Shown here piece by piece: positions 12,589 to 24,881 of a stretch of DNA of 64,000 nucleotides. The stretch comes from Xylographa opegraphella (lineage: Eukaryota): assembly GCA_022813865.1 (NCBI GenBank), contig JALDZX010000003.1, forward strand, positions 310,001 through 374,000. Reading direction: 5' to 3'. Made by a program: the position numbers and the translations under genes. The notes under the pieces were generated by a model, which was not told the origin of the DNA, did no database searches, and saw nothing but the letters and a program-made list of their open reading frames with translations. Position 1 is the first letter of the stretch. Each line of letters starts with the position of its first letter.

Positions 12589-13005
12589 TTAATAATTCGG
12601 AACATACATCCCATGCTACGTTATCATCTCACTAATAACAACGAAATCACCAATCGTCGGCGCAGCGCAGAGGATTTCGATGCCGACAGCACACGTAAGA
12701 AATTGTCAGCTCTCTTTATTCCCGGTATCGAACGCGGACCAGCAAAGTCTGCCATCGTGATGAGAGGTCCCTGCATAACGCCAAAGACAAGCCAGGCGTT
12801 GATCCACACGCGCTGAGCATAGGTACTTTGCCCGATCTGAAAGTGAGAGATTCAACCATTAATAGCGAATGGCATAGCGCCAACTACCATGCTACCCGCG
12901 ATGAACATTGAAGTTTGAGACGCCGCTTGTGAAGTCGTTTTGGCGGCCTGACCTTTCGAGTTGGAACATGAAGGGAGAAGCAGCCTCGCTTTCTTGTAAT
13001 TGATA
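12589..13005 (-). pseudogene. Decayed 3' part of an uncharacterised fungal membrane-protein gene
   Basis: Reads LLLPSCSN...MVVGAMPFAING*ISHFQIGQSTYAQRVWINAWLVFG, then after a frameshift ILCAAPTIGDFVVISEMIT*HGMYVPNY*. Resembles a STxAQRVW...APAIGGFVVV motif pair I recall from uncharacterised Pezizomycotina proteins (not verified). Confidence 0.55.
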
Positions 13006-14348
13006 GCGGGTCCGGAGCACAGTCCTTTGCCAGATAGCTTTAAAGCCTCTCACGGTTCCCAAGGTTCAGAGAGCCCAAATTGCTGCACAACTGGCGTATA
13101 AGCTTGACTCTCCTGGGTCAAAGTCGACAGTTACTGCATGGGCAACCTAGTTCGCAAGAAAGAAAGTTGCACCATCACTTCCCCTAAGATGGCATACATA
13201 GCAGGCGATGGTCGCCATGGTCAATTGTCCCTTGAGATGCAGTCATCATGACATAGATAAAAGGTTGAGAGTAAGTCGACGATGACAATACAACGGCGGC
13301 GGATAAAACACAACACAGCCAACTTGGAGAAGTAGAGCAGGACTAGAAAGTAGCTACATAGCGATGTCATTAAGCCTCTTTGGTATTATTGACTATACGC
13401 ATTTGCAGCTGAACAGAGCAACACATATCATCGTCTAATAGTGTGTTTTGTTAAGTACCTGTTCCGGTAGAACAGAACCGCCAGCAGAATAATAGTTCCG
13501 AGTTCATACGAAGCTTTGTGAACACGGAGCAAAAGAGCCATAAAGGAGACGCCTAACTTCGAAAAAACACCTTAAACAAAAGCCCTCTGATTAGTGATTG
13601 GGTCGCAACTGATGGCTTTGGGGCAGTGCCGACATCCATATGACGCGGTAGGCGTGAGTGTGGTTCGAGCACGAACACTGAGGCACAGGCAACCATTATC
13701 CCTAGCTTCCGGCACAAAAGCATCATCTTTCAGGCCGAGGCGATAGAAGGAGTGCTGGCTCTGAAAATTCCTTCGCCGGGCCTGAGACATGCGACATATG
13801 AAATCGAAGTGCCAAAACACATCGGATGTAACCCGGGGTAAGGTGACTAACTCTAAACGGCTAGTGCTCGAGTATAAAACGACCACAAGCGTAACCTCTT
13901 GCTATTTATGCATCTTCCTGCAATCTCACACGTTTGATGTGCACCTTCCTGGACATTCCCGCTGCGGACAATTCCTTCTACCGTGCTTCTAGAGCTTCTC
14001 TGGAACACCGTCAGTCCAATCTCCAGCCGTTTTTGGTCATCGAGTCCGTTCATGCGAGAGAGTAGGGCATGAACCAACATGCTTTCTCGGCTTCCAAGCC
14101 TCGTACCTCATGCTCGAACTACAGAGATGTGTGTGCTGTAGGAGAGAGCACGATGTTGAGTGTATATGTACTGTCATATCCGTAATGGATATGCCGATCA
14201 CCACTATCTTTTTTGGACAGAAGACTATTCAATTGCTTGTGTTATTGTCGTTTAACATTCCCTACCAGTATTCTATACATGACTTAGATCTTGTTTACGC
14301 TCATTATCTACGTAGTCTACGTTTTCTGCATCGGCTTACTTCATTAAT

Positions 14349-16120
14349 ATGCTTCGTTTGTGCTTGTCATTCGTTTCAATTGTTGTTCTTATTTGCCAAG
14401 CAAGCGCAGCACCTGTTCAAGGTCCAGTTGAAACCCCAAAGATCAGCTCGCGAAGCGGAGTTGATGATGTAGAGCTCCGGGCGATTTCGCGGTCTGCTTG
14501 GAAGCGGGACCAGGTCAACAATCTAATGCCTACGTCTGAAGCTTTGAATCTCGACTATATCGATGGTAAGCTTTACATAATGATCCACCCTCACATGGAA
14601 TGAATGTTTACTGTAATACCGCTGACACAATCTGGTAGAAGAGTCTATTTTCGATGGAAACCTGTTCGTAGCTACCTTAAACTACGGGCCCAATCGGCCC
14701 GCTTTACTCTTGGAGCATATCGATAGCCTCCTTACCAGCATTTATTGCACGAATGAAGGCATCTTTCTGAGCTTCTCTTCGAGAGATCATGCGGAAAAAG
14801 CGCGAGATGCATGGAACTTGCCTGAATTCATCGTCATTACGTCACACGAGGGTTGTAACAACGATGGCAGAAGGGTTCCATACATAGTTTCCCAAGTCTC
14901 TTTCAATATCAGCCGCAACTTGGCTATGCTCTCTGCTAAGGGGATTAGTTGGGCTAAAGCTTCAAGAACACTCGAAGTCGACTTCAGTTATCGAGAATCG
15001 GACCATGGCCTTGATCTTGAGTCCTATAGACCAAGTGCAAGCCTGATAACCAAAAGACAAACAACGCAGGATTTGTCATTCTCGATTCTCAATACTAACA
15101 TATTCGCTATGTGAGCGCTGGTTGTCCGTAAGATGAACAGAAGTGGGGCTGACTGGGCTGTAGAAACAACATGCTTTCACCAACGACCACACTTAGCTTT
15201 ACACAGATGTGCGTCACATGTGTCGGCACAGGGACTGTGACTTTGGCCGCCGGCAACATCACATTGATCAGCGGAGTTGAGAATATCCTCCAAGGTCTGA
15301 TCAATCCAACTGTGTCGGACCTTGCCTCAAGTGCCGATATATCCATCGTATTCAATAATTTTACAGCAGAATTCGAATTTGAAACTTCGATCCAGCTTAC
15401 TCAGAGCTTCAATTTTCACATTTTAGGCGAAGCTGGTATTGGCATACCAGGATTTTCTGTATGGACATCCTATCCGAGAGCTTTGACCAATTCACTAACA
15501 CACTCTTCCGCTAGATTCCGGGTCTTTTCACCCTTGGCCCTAGCTTCAATCCTGTTATTGTCGCAATGATTCAATTGTTCCAGCCAGTCTCTTTCACTTA
15601 TGGATTCAACTTCTCGGTTCCTGATGGCTCAGGCTTCCAAATCGATATGGTCAACCTGGCCAATTCTCAGTCAATGGGATTTGACTCGACTGCATTCACA
15701 GCGCTGCCTTTCACCCTTCTCAACTTCACCCCAGGAGTCAATGTTAGCATTGCTTTCCGACCTGTTATTGCGCTCGGCGTCAACGTGTTAGACATTGATC
15801 TGGATCCAGTGACGGTCTTTGCGGATATCCCAAAATATGTTGTGGGCCTGGTGCCCTTGGCAAATGTAGACGATAATTGCCTCCCTCTCGCAGTCAATGG
15901 GACGGGTAACGGCGAACACGTTCGGCTCAGTAGTGACTTCGTGCTCGACCTCGGTGTTGGAGCGATGGCACAGATTACAGACACCATCGCTTTCATGCCA
16001 TCGATACCGCTTCTTACTACTACTTTGTTCCCGATGAGTACCTGTATTGGACCTTTCGGAGCGAGTACTGCCAACATGACCCTTGCTACTGCTCCAAGTA
16101 CGAACATGACTAAAATCTAA
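14349..16120 (+). CDS. Secreted protein, DUF7029/DUF7223-like
   Basis: Signal peptide MLRLCLSFVSIVVLICQASA; four exons (~14349-14565, 14639-15109, 15163-15457, 15514-16120) with canonical splice sites; FIVITSHEGCNNDGRRVPY, CVTC and GFSIPG...LGP motifs. Confidence 0.7.
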
Positions 16121-16499
16121 AGCTAATGATGATTCAATCATTGCCGTTCTGCTCGACACTTAGTCTGTAGAGGCTGGAAGCCATTTTCAATAGGAAAATG
16201 AGATTTTTCTGCACATCAGCTCTAGAAATTGAGAGTCAAAGAGTGATTCGAACAATAACTCATCGAGTTGTTGGAGTAGTCGTAAATAGCATGGCCTCCG
16301 CCGGTGTGGCGGAAGCCCAGCCCCTCCGCACCCCTGGGGCGAGACCGCAGTATCCTTGTATGCATAGTTGTCATCTTCGCGACGACTTTTAATTCTCGAA
16401 TACACCAGTATTTTCAAAATGCCATTCTTTTGATCTTGTACGATATGCTGAATCTGCCCGATGGCTTGCATGGGTGAATAATTGACTGCCAATTTCCCA

Positions 16500-17952
16500 A
16501 TGAACGGATTTGCGAGCCATGGCCTCGATGAAGGCGCCTTCGAGGACAAATCGGGCATAACTGTCGGATTGAGGACATTCGATGCCTTTCGTGAGCCCCC
16601 TGGCTTCTTTCACTGTTCTTTTGTCAACGAATGATGAATTGAAGGAATCCCTTTTTGTCCTTGCTGCAGATTCCCCCAATGCTTAATCCACCCTACTCTA
16701 CAACTCCGCTGACTCTCCTTTCCAGCCAAAACAAAGCCGACCTACACGCGCCGTACCACCACTGGCGGGTATGCCACGCTCGTTCTCTCATTCTTCTGCC
16801 TCTTCCTCTCTTTCAGCGAATTCCGCCGGTGGTTTGCCGGTTCGGAGACGCAGCAATTTAGCGTTGAAAAGGGCGTTTCGCAGACTCTTCAAATAAACCT
16901 CGATGCTGTCGTCGCCATGAGGTGCCAGGACCTACACATCAACATCCAAGACGCCAGCGGCGATCGTATTCTTGCAGGCGACCTGCTCAAGAAAGACCCT
17001 ACGAGTTGGGCCATGTGGGTGAACCAAAAGAAAGTACACCACAGCAGCAATACGGGAGACAAGCGGCGCAGAGAGGACATGGAGCAGGAGGATACGCACG
17101 TGGCACACGTGCTAGGGGAGGTGCGAAAGGCGAGGAGAAACTACAAGAAGACGCCCCGGATGGGGAGGGGAACGCAGGGGGATGCGTGCCGCGTGTACGG
17201 GAGCTTGGAGGGTAATAAAGTGCAGGGTGATTTCCACATCACAGCGCGCGGGCATGGATATATGGAGTTTGGGGAGCATTTGAGCCATGAAGGTACGTGC
17301 TCGTGTCTAGCTGGACCCGTATTCCAACTCTTCCATGCCGATGATTTTTCCCTTAGCCCCCAACCCCGTTTTCAATTCGATCGTGTACAGGGACAAATTT
17401 CAGCTAATCACTCACTTTCTAGCATTCAACTTCTCCCACATCATCAACGAGCTCTCCTTCGGGCCCCTTTACCCCTCCCTCCTCAACCCGCTCGACCACA
17501 CCATCGCCACCACCGACACGCACTTCAATAAGTTCCAATACTACCTCTCCATCGTACCCACGATCTACACGCGCACCTTCACGGACCGCATTCCCCTCAA
17601 CCGTACCACACACTCGCCTCTCGCCTCTGCCAACACCATCATCACCAACCAGTACGCCGTCACTTCCCAATCGCACGAGGTGCCTGAGCAGAGCATCCCA
17701 GGGATCTTCTTCAAGTTCGATATCGAGCCGATATTGCTGACCATCAGCGAGAGCAGAGGGGGCTTTCTGGCGCTGTGTGTCAGGATGGTGAATGTGATCA
17801 GTGGAGTGCTGGTAGGAGGGGGCTGGTGCTATCAGCTGTGGGGGTGGGGAAGGGAGAATGTGCAGGGCGGGCGGGCACGGGCAAAGAGTGGAGGCGAGGG
17901 TATGCTGCATGGACGGAAGGAGGAGGACGATGAAGGAGAGAGTGTGGCGTAA
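16500..17952 (+). CDS. ERV41: ER-Golgi intermediate compartment protein Erv41/ERGIC2
   Basis: MNGFASHGLDE...LRTFDAF|PKTKPTY, CQDLHINIQDASGD, CRVYGSLEGNKVQGDFHITARGHGY, FNFSHIINELSFG, NPLD, FQYYLSIVPT, PGIFFKFDIEP; introns 16591-16724 and ~17293-17422. Confidence 0.92.
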
Positions 17953-18168
17953 GGGTTCGTGGATGCTGTAGACACGGGGCGGGTTCAGGAAAGGCGCATG
18001 AGAGGGATATGTGTATGTATAGCGTGTTATATCTGCATTGGCGATACTCTTCTAGAGTCCCTTCACTGGCTCCCACGTCTCAGCTCGCTCATCGTTTTCA
18101 TGCTCCTTTCCGTCCCCTAACACCGAAGCATCCGCTCTCATCTCCTCCTCCCCGAAGGCATACCACTC

Positions 18169-18445
18169 TCATATCTCAATCGCCCCTACTACATTCTCCA
18201 CCAGGCGTGCCAGCTGCAAATCCACTCTCAGCACTACCGATTCGAGATATGCAACGGCTTCCGCTGGAGACAAGGCGGGCGCTTGCTGCTGCTAAGGGTC
18301 AGCCATTGTGCTGGACAAGGGAATGTGCGTTGCCTACGGTGGTGACGGGGTCTGAGGTCTTACTGGCCTCGCATGGGATTGATGCTTTGGGCAGCTGTTT
18401 AGGGGTTGGGTCCTCACAGACGGTGTGGGATGTGAGGGAGGGCAT
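18169..18445 (-). CDS. Putative 76-aa two-exon protein of unknown function
   Basis: CACA-ATG start at 18445, exon 18445-18338, 46-nt intron GTAGGC...GCTGACCCTTAG (18337-18292), exon 18291-18169 encoding QQQAPALSPAEAVAYLESVVLRVDLQLARLVENVVGAIEI*. Confidence 0.45.
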
Positions 18446-19754
18446 TGTGGATGTGTGGATTGATATTTGTATAGAGACGGAGACGGTATTTGAGAAATAC
18501 GTCTGGAGAGGGATGAGGGAGTATGAGGAGGAGTGATGGATACATCGTGTATGTGCTGGTGTATATATTTTTCTCGAGGAAGGGAATTCGGTTTTTGGAC
18601 TGCCGTTGGTGATAGTGGGAAGGGGAAGTATAAAAAGAATGTTTAGCAGGTGAGCGCGAGATTTGGATGTGGACTGCCAAGGTGGATGGGGAAGTGTGCT
18701 GCAACTCGTTTGGCAAGGACGAGGTGCATCAGGCGGAGTGACACGTAGGACCTTCCCCCGGGTACGGTCTGCGCAAGCCGTTCGTGCAGTGGTGTGATAA
18801 GTAATTCGTGGATATAGTAAACGTAGAGATGGTGATTCCTGCTTCGTTAGGACGCATGCGGAATGGTTATTCCATGTCTATAAATTGTCCGAATGTTGTA
18901 TTGGAAAGAAACTTAAATGATGGGCAAAGTAGCGGCTAATTCTGGAATTTCATATATTGACTTGTCCGGATACATTGTACTCTCCCGCCTGCGCTGTTAT
19001 GTAACTTTGGATGCTCTCTTTTCCAGCTTTGGCCTCGGGGTCATGTCAAGCCTGCTCGCAGGCGTTATTGATGGATCGCTTTTCCCCTGTCATTCGTCCC
19101 AATATTTGCTATCTACCTTGAGTCGGTCCGTCGACCCATGCCACGTACGAAATCTAACACCATCTCAGGACTCGAGATAATATATTGCTAGAGGGAGCGG
19201 AACGCGGGAAGCAGGAGGTCACGAAAGGGTATATATTCACCAAGGTTCACAGTGTTACAAAAGGTCTCGTGGTGCTAGATTTGTCGTTTTTGTGATGGCC
19301 GTCTGAGAGGCTGTTCCACACAATGGGTTATAGGGGATTTGCTCCTCCGCAGGTTAAGCTAACATATGTTCGACCATTCCATCCAGCGTGAAACCGCGCC
19401 GAATAACTGGATAACAGTATCTTAGTATCGGCAGTCAGTAAGAACTTTTAGCCGATGAAATCGATACAGAGATGGGAGAGATGAGCTTCTGTACTACTGA
19501 GTTTGGCAAAGTTGTTAGAGTCTGCACTTTAGGTAACCTGGTTCGCGTACAAGCACTAGTTAGGACTAGTGTGTTCCCACAGCAATCAGACACCCACGGG
19601 AGCCACGGTATTCATTGAACAACTGAACCGTCATCTATAGCAGCAAATTCCTTCGACATTTGTATTGGTATGATGAGTCAGATCAACTCCATATAGGAAA
19701 ACGTCGAGCTTTATTGCCCCTCTTTGGAACGTTTCTATTGTCTGGTCATTGTTG

Positions 19755-20951
19755 ATGGATACTATGGTGAATCTTTTGCTCAAGTATGCTTCGATATCAG
19801 CAGCAGTCCTGGTGACGCTATACGCTGGCCTGTTGGGATTGCTCACGACATCTTCCTTTCAAGCTCATGTTGTGTATCTCCACAAAATTCAAATGACTTG
19901 GTTTAAGGACCTCGACGTCCCTGAGAGTTTCGGCTTCTTACGCAACCAGGTCACCCCGTTTTCCATCAAGATGTCCAATGGTGAAGAGCTTTACGCCTGG
20001 CATATTTTGCCGGTCGAGCTGTATCGGAAACACGAATCTACTTTGATTGCAGAATCTTCTGGCTTTGTATTGAATATTAAATCGCGCCTTGGGTTCCAGC
20101 TTCTACACGATGATCCTGATGCCAGGTTGATCCTTCACTTCCATGGAGCGGCAGGAACGGTGGGGTCAGGCTATAGAGTACCCAATTATCGTGCACTGTC
20201 GGCAGGACAGCCCGGAAAGATCCATGTCGTAACATTTGACTATAGAGGGTTTGGACGCAGTAATGGTACTCCATCTGAGAGCGGTATAATACTCGACGCT
20301 CTTGCGGTCGTGGACTGGGCGCTGAAAATAGCTGAGATTCCACCCTCACGGATCCTCATATTTGGTCAATCTCTAGGGACTGCCGTGAGCATAGCTATAT
20401 CTGAGCACTTTGCGTTGCAAACTCCCCCTGTGCTATTCACCGGCGCTGTTCTGGTCGCGCCATTTGTTGATGTGGCTACGCTCGTGGCAACGTATCGTGT
20501 TGCAGGTCTTATCCCTATCTTATCTCCTCTGGCCAAGTTTCCTCCTCTATTCAATTATCTCAGGAGATTCATACGAGATACATGGATGAGTAAGGACCGC
20601 ATTGCAGAATACGCACGCATCAACGAAGCCAACGGAAAGAAATACCGGTTAACTCTGATCCATGCCGAGGATGATTACGACATTCCATCGCATCATACTC
20701 AAACCGTGTTCTGGCATGCTGTCAATGCTACGATCGCGGAAGGGATTGATTACGAGGAACTGGAGGAAAAGAAATCCAAGTCGAAAACGGATCTAGGCGC
20801 TGCTGGGTCTGTTATGGAATGGCGTACAGAGAACGGCGTCATCAGAGAGGAGATACTGAAAACGGGCCTACACGATGTTGTCATGGGCAATCCGGTAATC
20901 ACCATGGCCGTCATGCGCACCTTTGCAGCTGTGGATCCATCGTTTAGTTGA
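19755..20951 (+). CDS. ABHD12-like alpha/beta hydrolase with N-terminal membrane anchor
   Basis: Intronless ORF; HFHGAAG, FDYRGFG, nucleophile elbow GQSLG, IHAEDD and C-terminal GLH catalytic His. Confidence 0.88.
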   Translation: MDTMVNLLLKYASISAAVLVTLYAGLLGLLTTSSFQAHVVYLHKIQMTWFKDLDVPESFGFLRNQVTPFSIKMSNGEELYAWHILPVELYRKHESTLIAESSGFVLNIKSRLGFQLLHDDPDARLILHFHGAAGTVGSGYRVPNYRALSAGQPGKIHVVTFDYRGFGRSNGTPSESGIILDALAVVDWALKIAEIPPSRILIFGQSLGTAVSIAISEHFALQTPPVLFTGAVLVAPFVDVATLVATYRVAGLIPILSPLAKFPPLFNYLRRFIRDTWMSKDRIAEYARINEANGKKYRLTLIHAEDDYDIPSHHTQTVFWHAVNATIAEGIDYEELEEKKSKSKTDLGAAGSVMEWRTENGVIREEILKTGLHDVVMGNPVITMAVMRTFAAVDPSFS

Positions 20952-21424
20952 GTTACATATAGAAAGCGATTGCTCATATCAGTTGCGGAATTGCTTTGAA
21001 TTGTAGTTGAAAGTGGATCGTTTTTTGGATGTGCAAAATTCAGTTCACATTGTATTGCATGTTCGATTCTGCAACGTACTGTTTTAGCTTCAAGACATCT
21101 GCAATCATACCGTTATTCCTTGTAGTGCGCTTCGCTATCATGCTGCTTATACCACACGCCAGTCAGGCTGTTAGCAATCGAATTTGCTGTGGATACTTGA
21201 ATAATTAGGTACATTAGAGTATAAGCCTGTATTAGAAGGTGGGGATCATGATGTCTAAAAGACCTTCTCGGCAAGCTTACAATATCATCAAGAGACCTGC
21301 GAGTCATGGACACGGAGAAGAAAGAGCTCATACACAGATGTTCAGTATTTGGGACGGAAAAGGGTTATTCAAAGCTAGCTAATGATGAATATACACGCAA
21401 CGCCAAATGCTGCTGGCAGCTCAT

Positions 21425-22912
21425 CTACAAAACATGGACCCAATAAGATGAAACAACATATGTATCATAGACTGCCGGGTCTGAAGCCCTGAACGCTGCG
21501 ATGACGCCGCCTACTATGGCAACACGGCTGATAAGGTACAGTACTGGCGTTAAGAGACTGATCATTGTCGATGGGCCGCCCCACCGGAATACAACCTTCT
21601 CGAAATGCATGAATATCAGTAGTGAGAAAATTGATGTAAGCGCTGCGGTACGCCAGAGCCACTGCTCGACAACTGTGGGAAATGTTGCGTTCCACGATAT
21701 GAGGTGAAGCCCGCCAAACGAAGCTCCGAAGAGACATATTGCGGGCCAGATTTTGGAGTGATACACCTCTGGATCCCAGTGCGACACCACGGTTCCGTCG
21801 GGGTTGGGCAGGTTATTAGGGCCTTTATATATGTTCTCTCCAGCATCAATGTTTGGTCTGGAACTCCGCTCGGATTTCTGCGAACCTTCGGTGTCTTTCA
21901 GTAGTCTGGCTCGTTGCAAGACTCGGGTTTCTTGAGAAGCGTTGGCTTCTTGCAAGGGTTTGTCCTCGGCCTCTTTCTCGAACAAGCGGGGCGTGAGGTA
22001 CCAGATTGTCCATAGCGAGTCTTGCCGCCCAGTTCCTTCATCGTCGAATGAGCTACTGATAGCCATAGATTCAAAGGCTATTTTTTGGTCCGGAAGCATA
22101 TGCGGCAGCTCAACGATGGAGGAAGTCCTCACGTCTTTTGGTTTGAGCCACCAGAAGAAGTATGTGATGATGAAGAGTGGGATGTAGCTGAGAGTCATCG
22201 TTTCAAGCTGGGAGAGCGGCAACGAATGTACAGCTCGCATGATGCTTTGCGCGACGAACCAGGATACTTGGCAGAGCGCCGCCAGCTTCACGGCTGTGTC
22301 GGCGTTGCTTTTGTCCCGTATCGTTTCCTCGGACAGTCCCCAACATGCATGGTCTTTCCAGTCGACCAGACCTTGCTCGAGCAGCCAGATGTATTGGTTC
22401 GGCCACAGTACCCTTGCGCCTTGCGGAGTACGGTACCGCAAGGCGAGCATGCCGATGTAGAAGGCGTGCACAAGCTTGAGGTGCCCGCCTGTATACGCCG
22501 CGCAATCTCTCACCACTCGTTTCGCCTGACTCCATTCCTGGAGTCCCTCGACGGCCACGAACTCGGGCGCGATGATGGTCTTCAGCAAGAGCGCCAGCTT
22601 GTGCAGCGCACCGACGAAGCGACGCCGGTGGACCCGCGGATGTATCACAACCCACGTGCAGAGGAAGATCGTGAATACGCAGGTGCAGATCAAACTCAAC
22701 GTGCCCCGTCCTGGAGACTCGAGTACCCACCCAACCGATGCTGCCGTCGTGGCTGAAGGGATCGAGCTGTCCCCCGCGGAAGCGGTGCTGCTCATCGCGA
22801 GCGGGACCCTTCCGTGGTCTGCTGAACTTCGGTTCAAAGAATGGGTTTGCAGAAGGAAAGACCGTCTCTGGTCGGCGAACTTCGAGTCAAGTCGAGCGGC
22901 CGAGGCGGACAT
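21425..22912 (-). CDS. Uncharacterised multi-pass membrane protein of a widespread fungal family
   Basis: 495-aa ORF with RGTLSLICTCVFTIFLCTWVVIHP, IIAPEFV, HAFYIGM, IRDKSNAD, LPLSQLE, FWWLKPKDV, FGGLHLISWNATFPT, YLISR; the start may instead be the ATG at 22795. Confidence 0.8.
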   Translation of the reverse strand: MSASAARLDSKFADQRRSFLLQTHSLNRSSADHGRVPLAMSSTASAGDSSIPSATTAASVGWVLESPGRGTLSLICTCVFTIFLCTWVVIHPRVHRRRFVGALHKLALLLKTIIAPEFVAVEGLQEWSQAKRVVRDCAAYTGGHLKLVHAFYIGMLALRYRTPQGARVLWPNQYIWLLEQGLVDWKDHACWGLSEETIRDKSNADTAVKLAALCQVSWFVAQSIMRAVHSLPLSQLETMTLSYIPLFIITYFFWWLKPKDVRTSSIVELPHMLPDQKIAFESMAISSSFDDEGTGRQDSLWTIWYLTPRLFEKEAEDKPLQEANASQETRVLQRARLLKDTEGSQKSERSSRPNIDAGENIYKGPNNLPNPDGTVVSHWDPEVYHSKIWPAICLFGASFGGLHLISWNATFPTVVEQWLWRTAALTSIFSLLIFMHFEKVVFRWGGPSTMISLLTPVLYLISRVAIVGGVIAAFRASDPAVYDTYVVSSYWVHVL

Positions 22913-24256
22913 TTATTCTACAATCTATGGGGACCCGATGCAAAAATGCGGCACAGCCCGGGGCCCGGCGGCACGCCCAGAGCCCGCAACCCACTCCCAG
23001 CACACCACCACTGCCGCCCGCTCAAACCGACCCCTGTTTCAGCCCCTTTGGCTTTCCCCCCTCCACTCAGCCGCCGCCGTCCCCGTCTTTCCACGCGCCT
23101 TGTCCCACGAAAGACTAACTCGCCGTCTCCAAGGGAGCCGAGCTGTCGCCGGGGAAGGACGCTCCGCCAGCTGCCTCTGCGCTACCGCCGAACCGTGTCA
23201 CGGGCGGAAAAACGGTCCGCTTAGGCGTTTAGCCTCTCCACCCTCTCGCTCGAGTGCGGGTCGGGCTGAGGGGCGAAGACGGGCGGGTGGTGGCTTGTAT
23301 GACGGTCGGTTGTGAGGAGTGGGCGGGAGGCGGGAGGCGATCAGTTGCTGGGGAGGGATATTGGGCTGGCGCTCTAGCTCTGCTTTGCAGGGGACAGAGG
23401 GAGGGGGTTGGGGGTGGAGGTTGGTCGCTGGGAGGGGGATGGGGATGGTGGGAGGGAGGGTTGATGGAAGGATGGAATTTACGGGCCGTACGTTCGGGGG
23501 GAGGAGGATCTGGGGGAAGTCTTGAGAGCATTGCCCTTCCCGTCCTGGCGGATGAGCGATCGCCGCCCTGAGCTCGCGCGACCCGGGAGGTGTTGGTCGG
23601 GTTGATGCCTGCGTCTCAACGCCCTTTGTGGGCGGTCCCTCCTGCTTTACCAAACGCTTCGAATAGTCCAATAACGGCCCCATAACTGCTGCCTAGCATC
23701 CACCTAGCAAAACCGACAGTTGTAGCTGTCATGAGTTCTGTTTCAACATTTTCAGGCCATGTGACCACGAGAAGTAGCACCCGGACGCGAATACTTCATC
23801 GAAGGCGTCCGGCGAGGATTGGAAGTCTCCGACGGATGCTTCACCGCGAGAACAACGTGATGGGAGTTTAAAGCGGGAGGAACGGGGCCATATCGAGAGA
23901 CCGTCTTTACAGACTACAATAATAAAACTGTCGGGCAGACTCGCGCCCACGCGCTGTCCGCCTGTGTTCATTTGCCGTGACAACGACGGGGTTTCTTCGC
24001 GAACTCTTCTCTCGGTGTTAATCACATGAGAACAAACGTCGCCATCCTCGTTCCTCGTCGGCCTCTTTCGCTTTCCTTTTATCTTTTATCTTGCCTTGAA
24101 CCCTTGCACTGCCGAAGCTGAACTTTCGACGGCAATTTATCATTTTCGAAACCTACGGACGAGACTCTCATAGCGACCTCTTGAGTCTTGGCCCCCCTCT
24201 TAAATCTTGCGTATTTGACTCCTCCAATATATATTCCACTACATAGTCGTTCCATC

Positions 24257-24881
24257 ATGAACCATCTCGTCTCATCCGTACGAACCTCAGTCCGCATTAT
24301 CCGAACGCCTCCTCTGCGCTGCAGCTTTTCCCTCCAGCCCGCGGAATCCATCACCATTAATGCTCAAGGATTTATAACACTTCGTGAAATGCTAATGTTT
24401 GGCTGGGAGAGTCTCACCAAGCAATCGTCCTTTTACCTGCGAATATTGGCGACGCCATGAAAGCAGGCTGCGCCTGGCGGGATGGTCTATGCGTTGTAGC
24501 AGACCCTCAGATATGCCCGTTGACTTTTTACCACGATACTCAACACTTTGCTCACAGTGAGTTATTAGTTACAAAGTCCGCTGAAACTAAAGCTTATCTT
24601 TGCTCTCTCGAGAGTTGATCCCGTATCCGCGACTCGTCATTCCTCAAAACCTGCCTCGCCAATCCGATGCCAACGCTAGTCCTGCAACACTGTATCTATT
24701 CGGTGCGACACATACCATCGCTCTGGACGGAACGCCAGACGGTAAGTTTTTTTTTTTCCTGCAGGTATATAATGGGCCCTCTTGCGGTGCTTACTCGTGG
24801 GGCGCAGCCGACTTCGCGAAAAAATCCAGAGAGACTTGGCGGGAAATGAAGCCCATGCTTGACAACCTCAAGGAAAGCTAG
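24257..24881 (+). CDS. Putative 158-aa four-exon hypothetical protein (possibly a pseudogene; intron 1 is only 26 nt)
   Basis: Exons 24257-24383, 24410-24556, 24613-24741 and 24808-24881, all phase-1 junctions, give a stop-free protein: IRTPPLRCSFSL...QSHQAIVLLPANI...PLTFYHDTQHFAHKLIPYP...PATLYLFG...LDGTPDADF...LDNLKES. Confidence 0.55.

Noticed and set aside
16630..16714. Box C/D snoRNA in ERV41 intron 1 (ATGATGA ... CTGA)
   Set aside because: The CTGA is the intron branch point (CTGAC), no terminal stem is present and I could not identify an rRNA-complementary guide.
22572..23683. ORFs of 100-247 aa across the 23-kb island
   Set aside because: Low-complexity translations of C- and G-tracts, partly antisense to a real gene.
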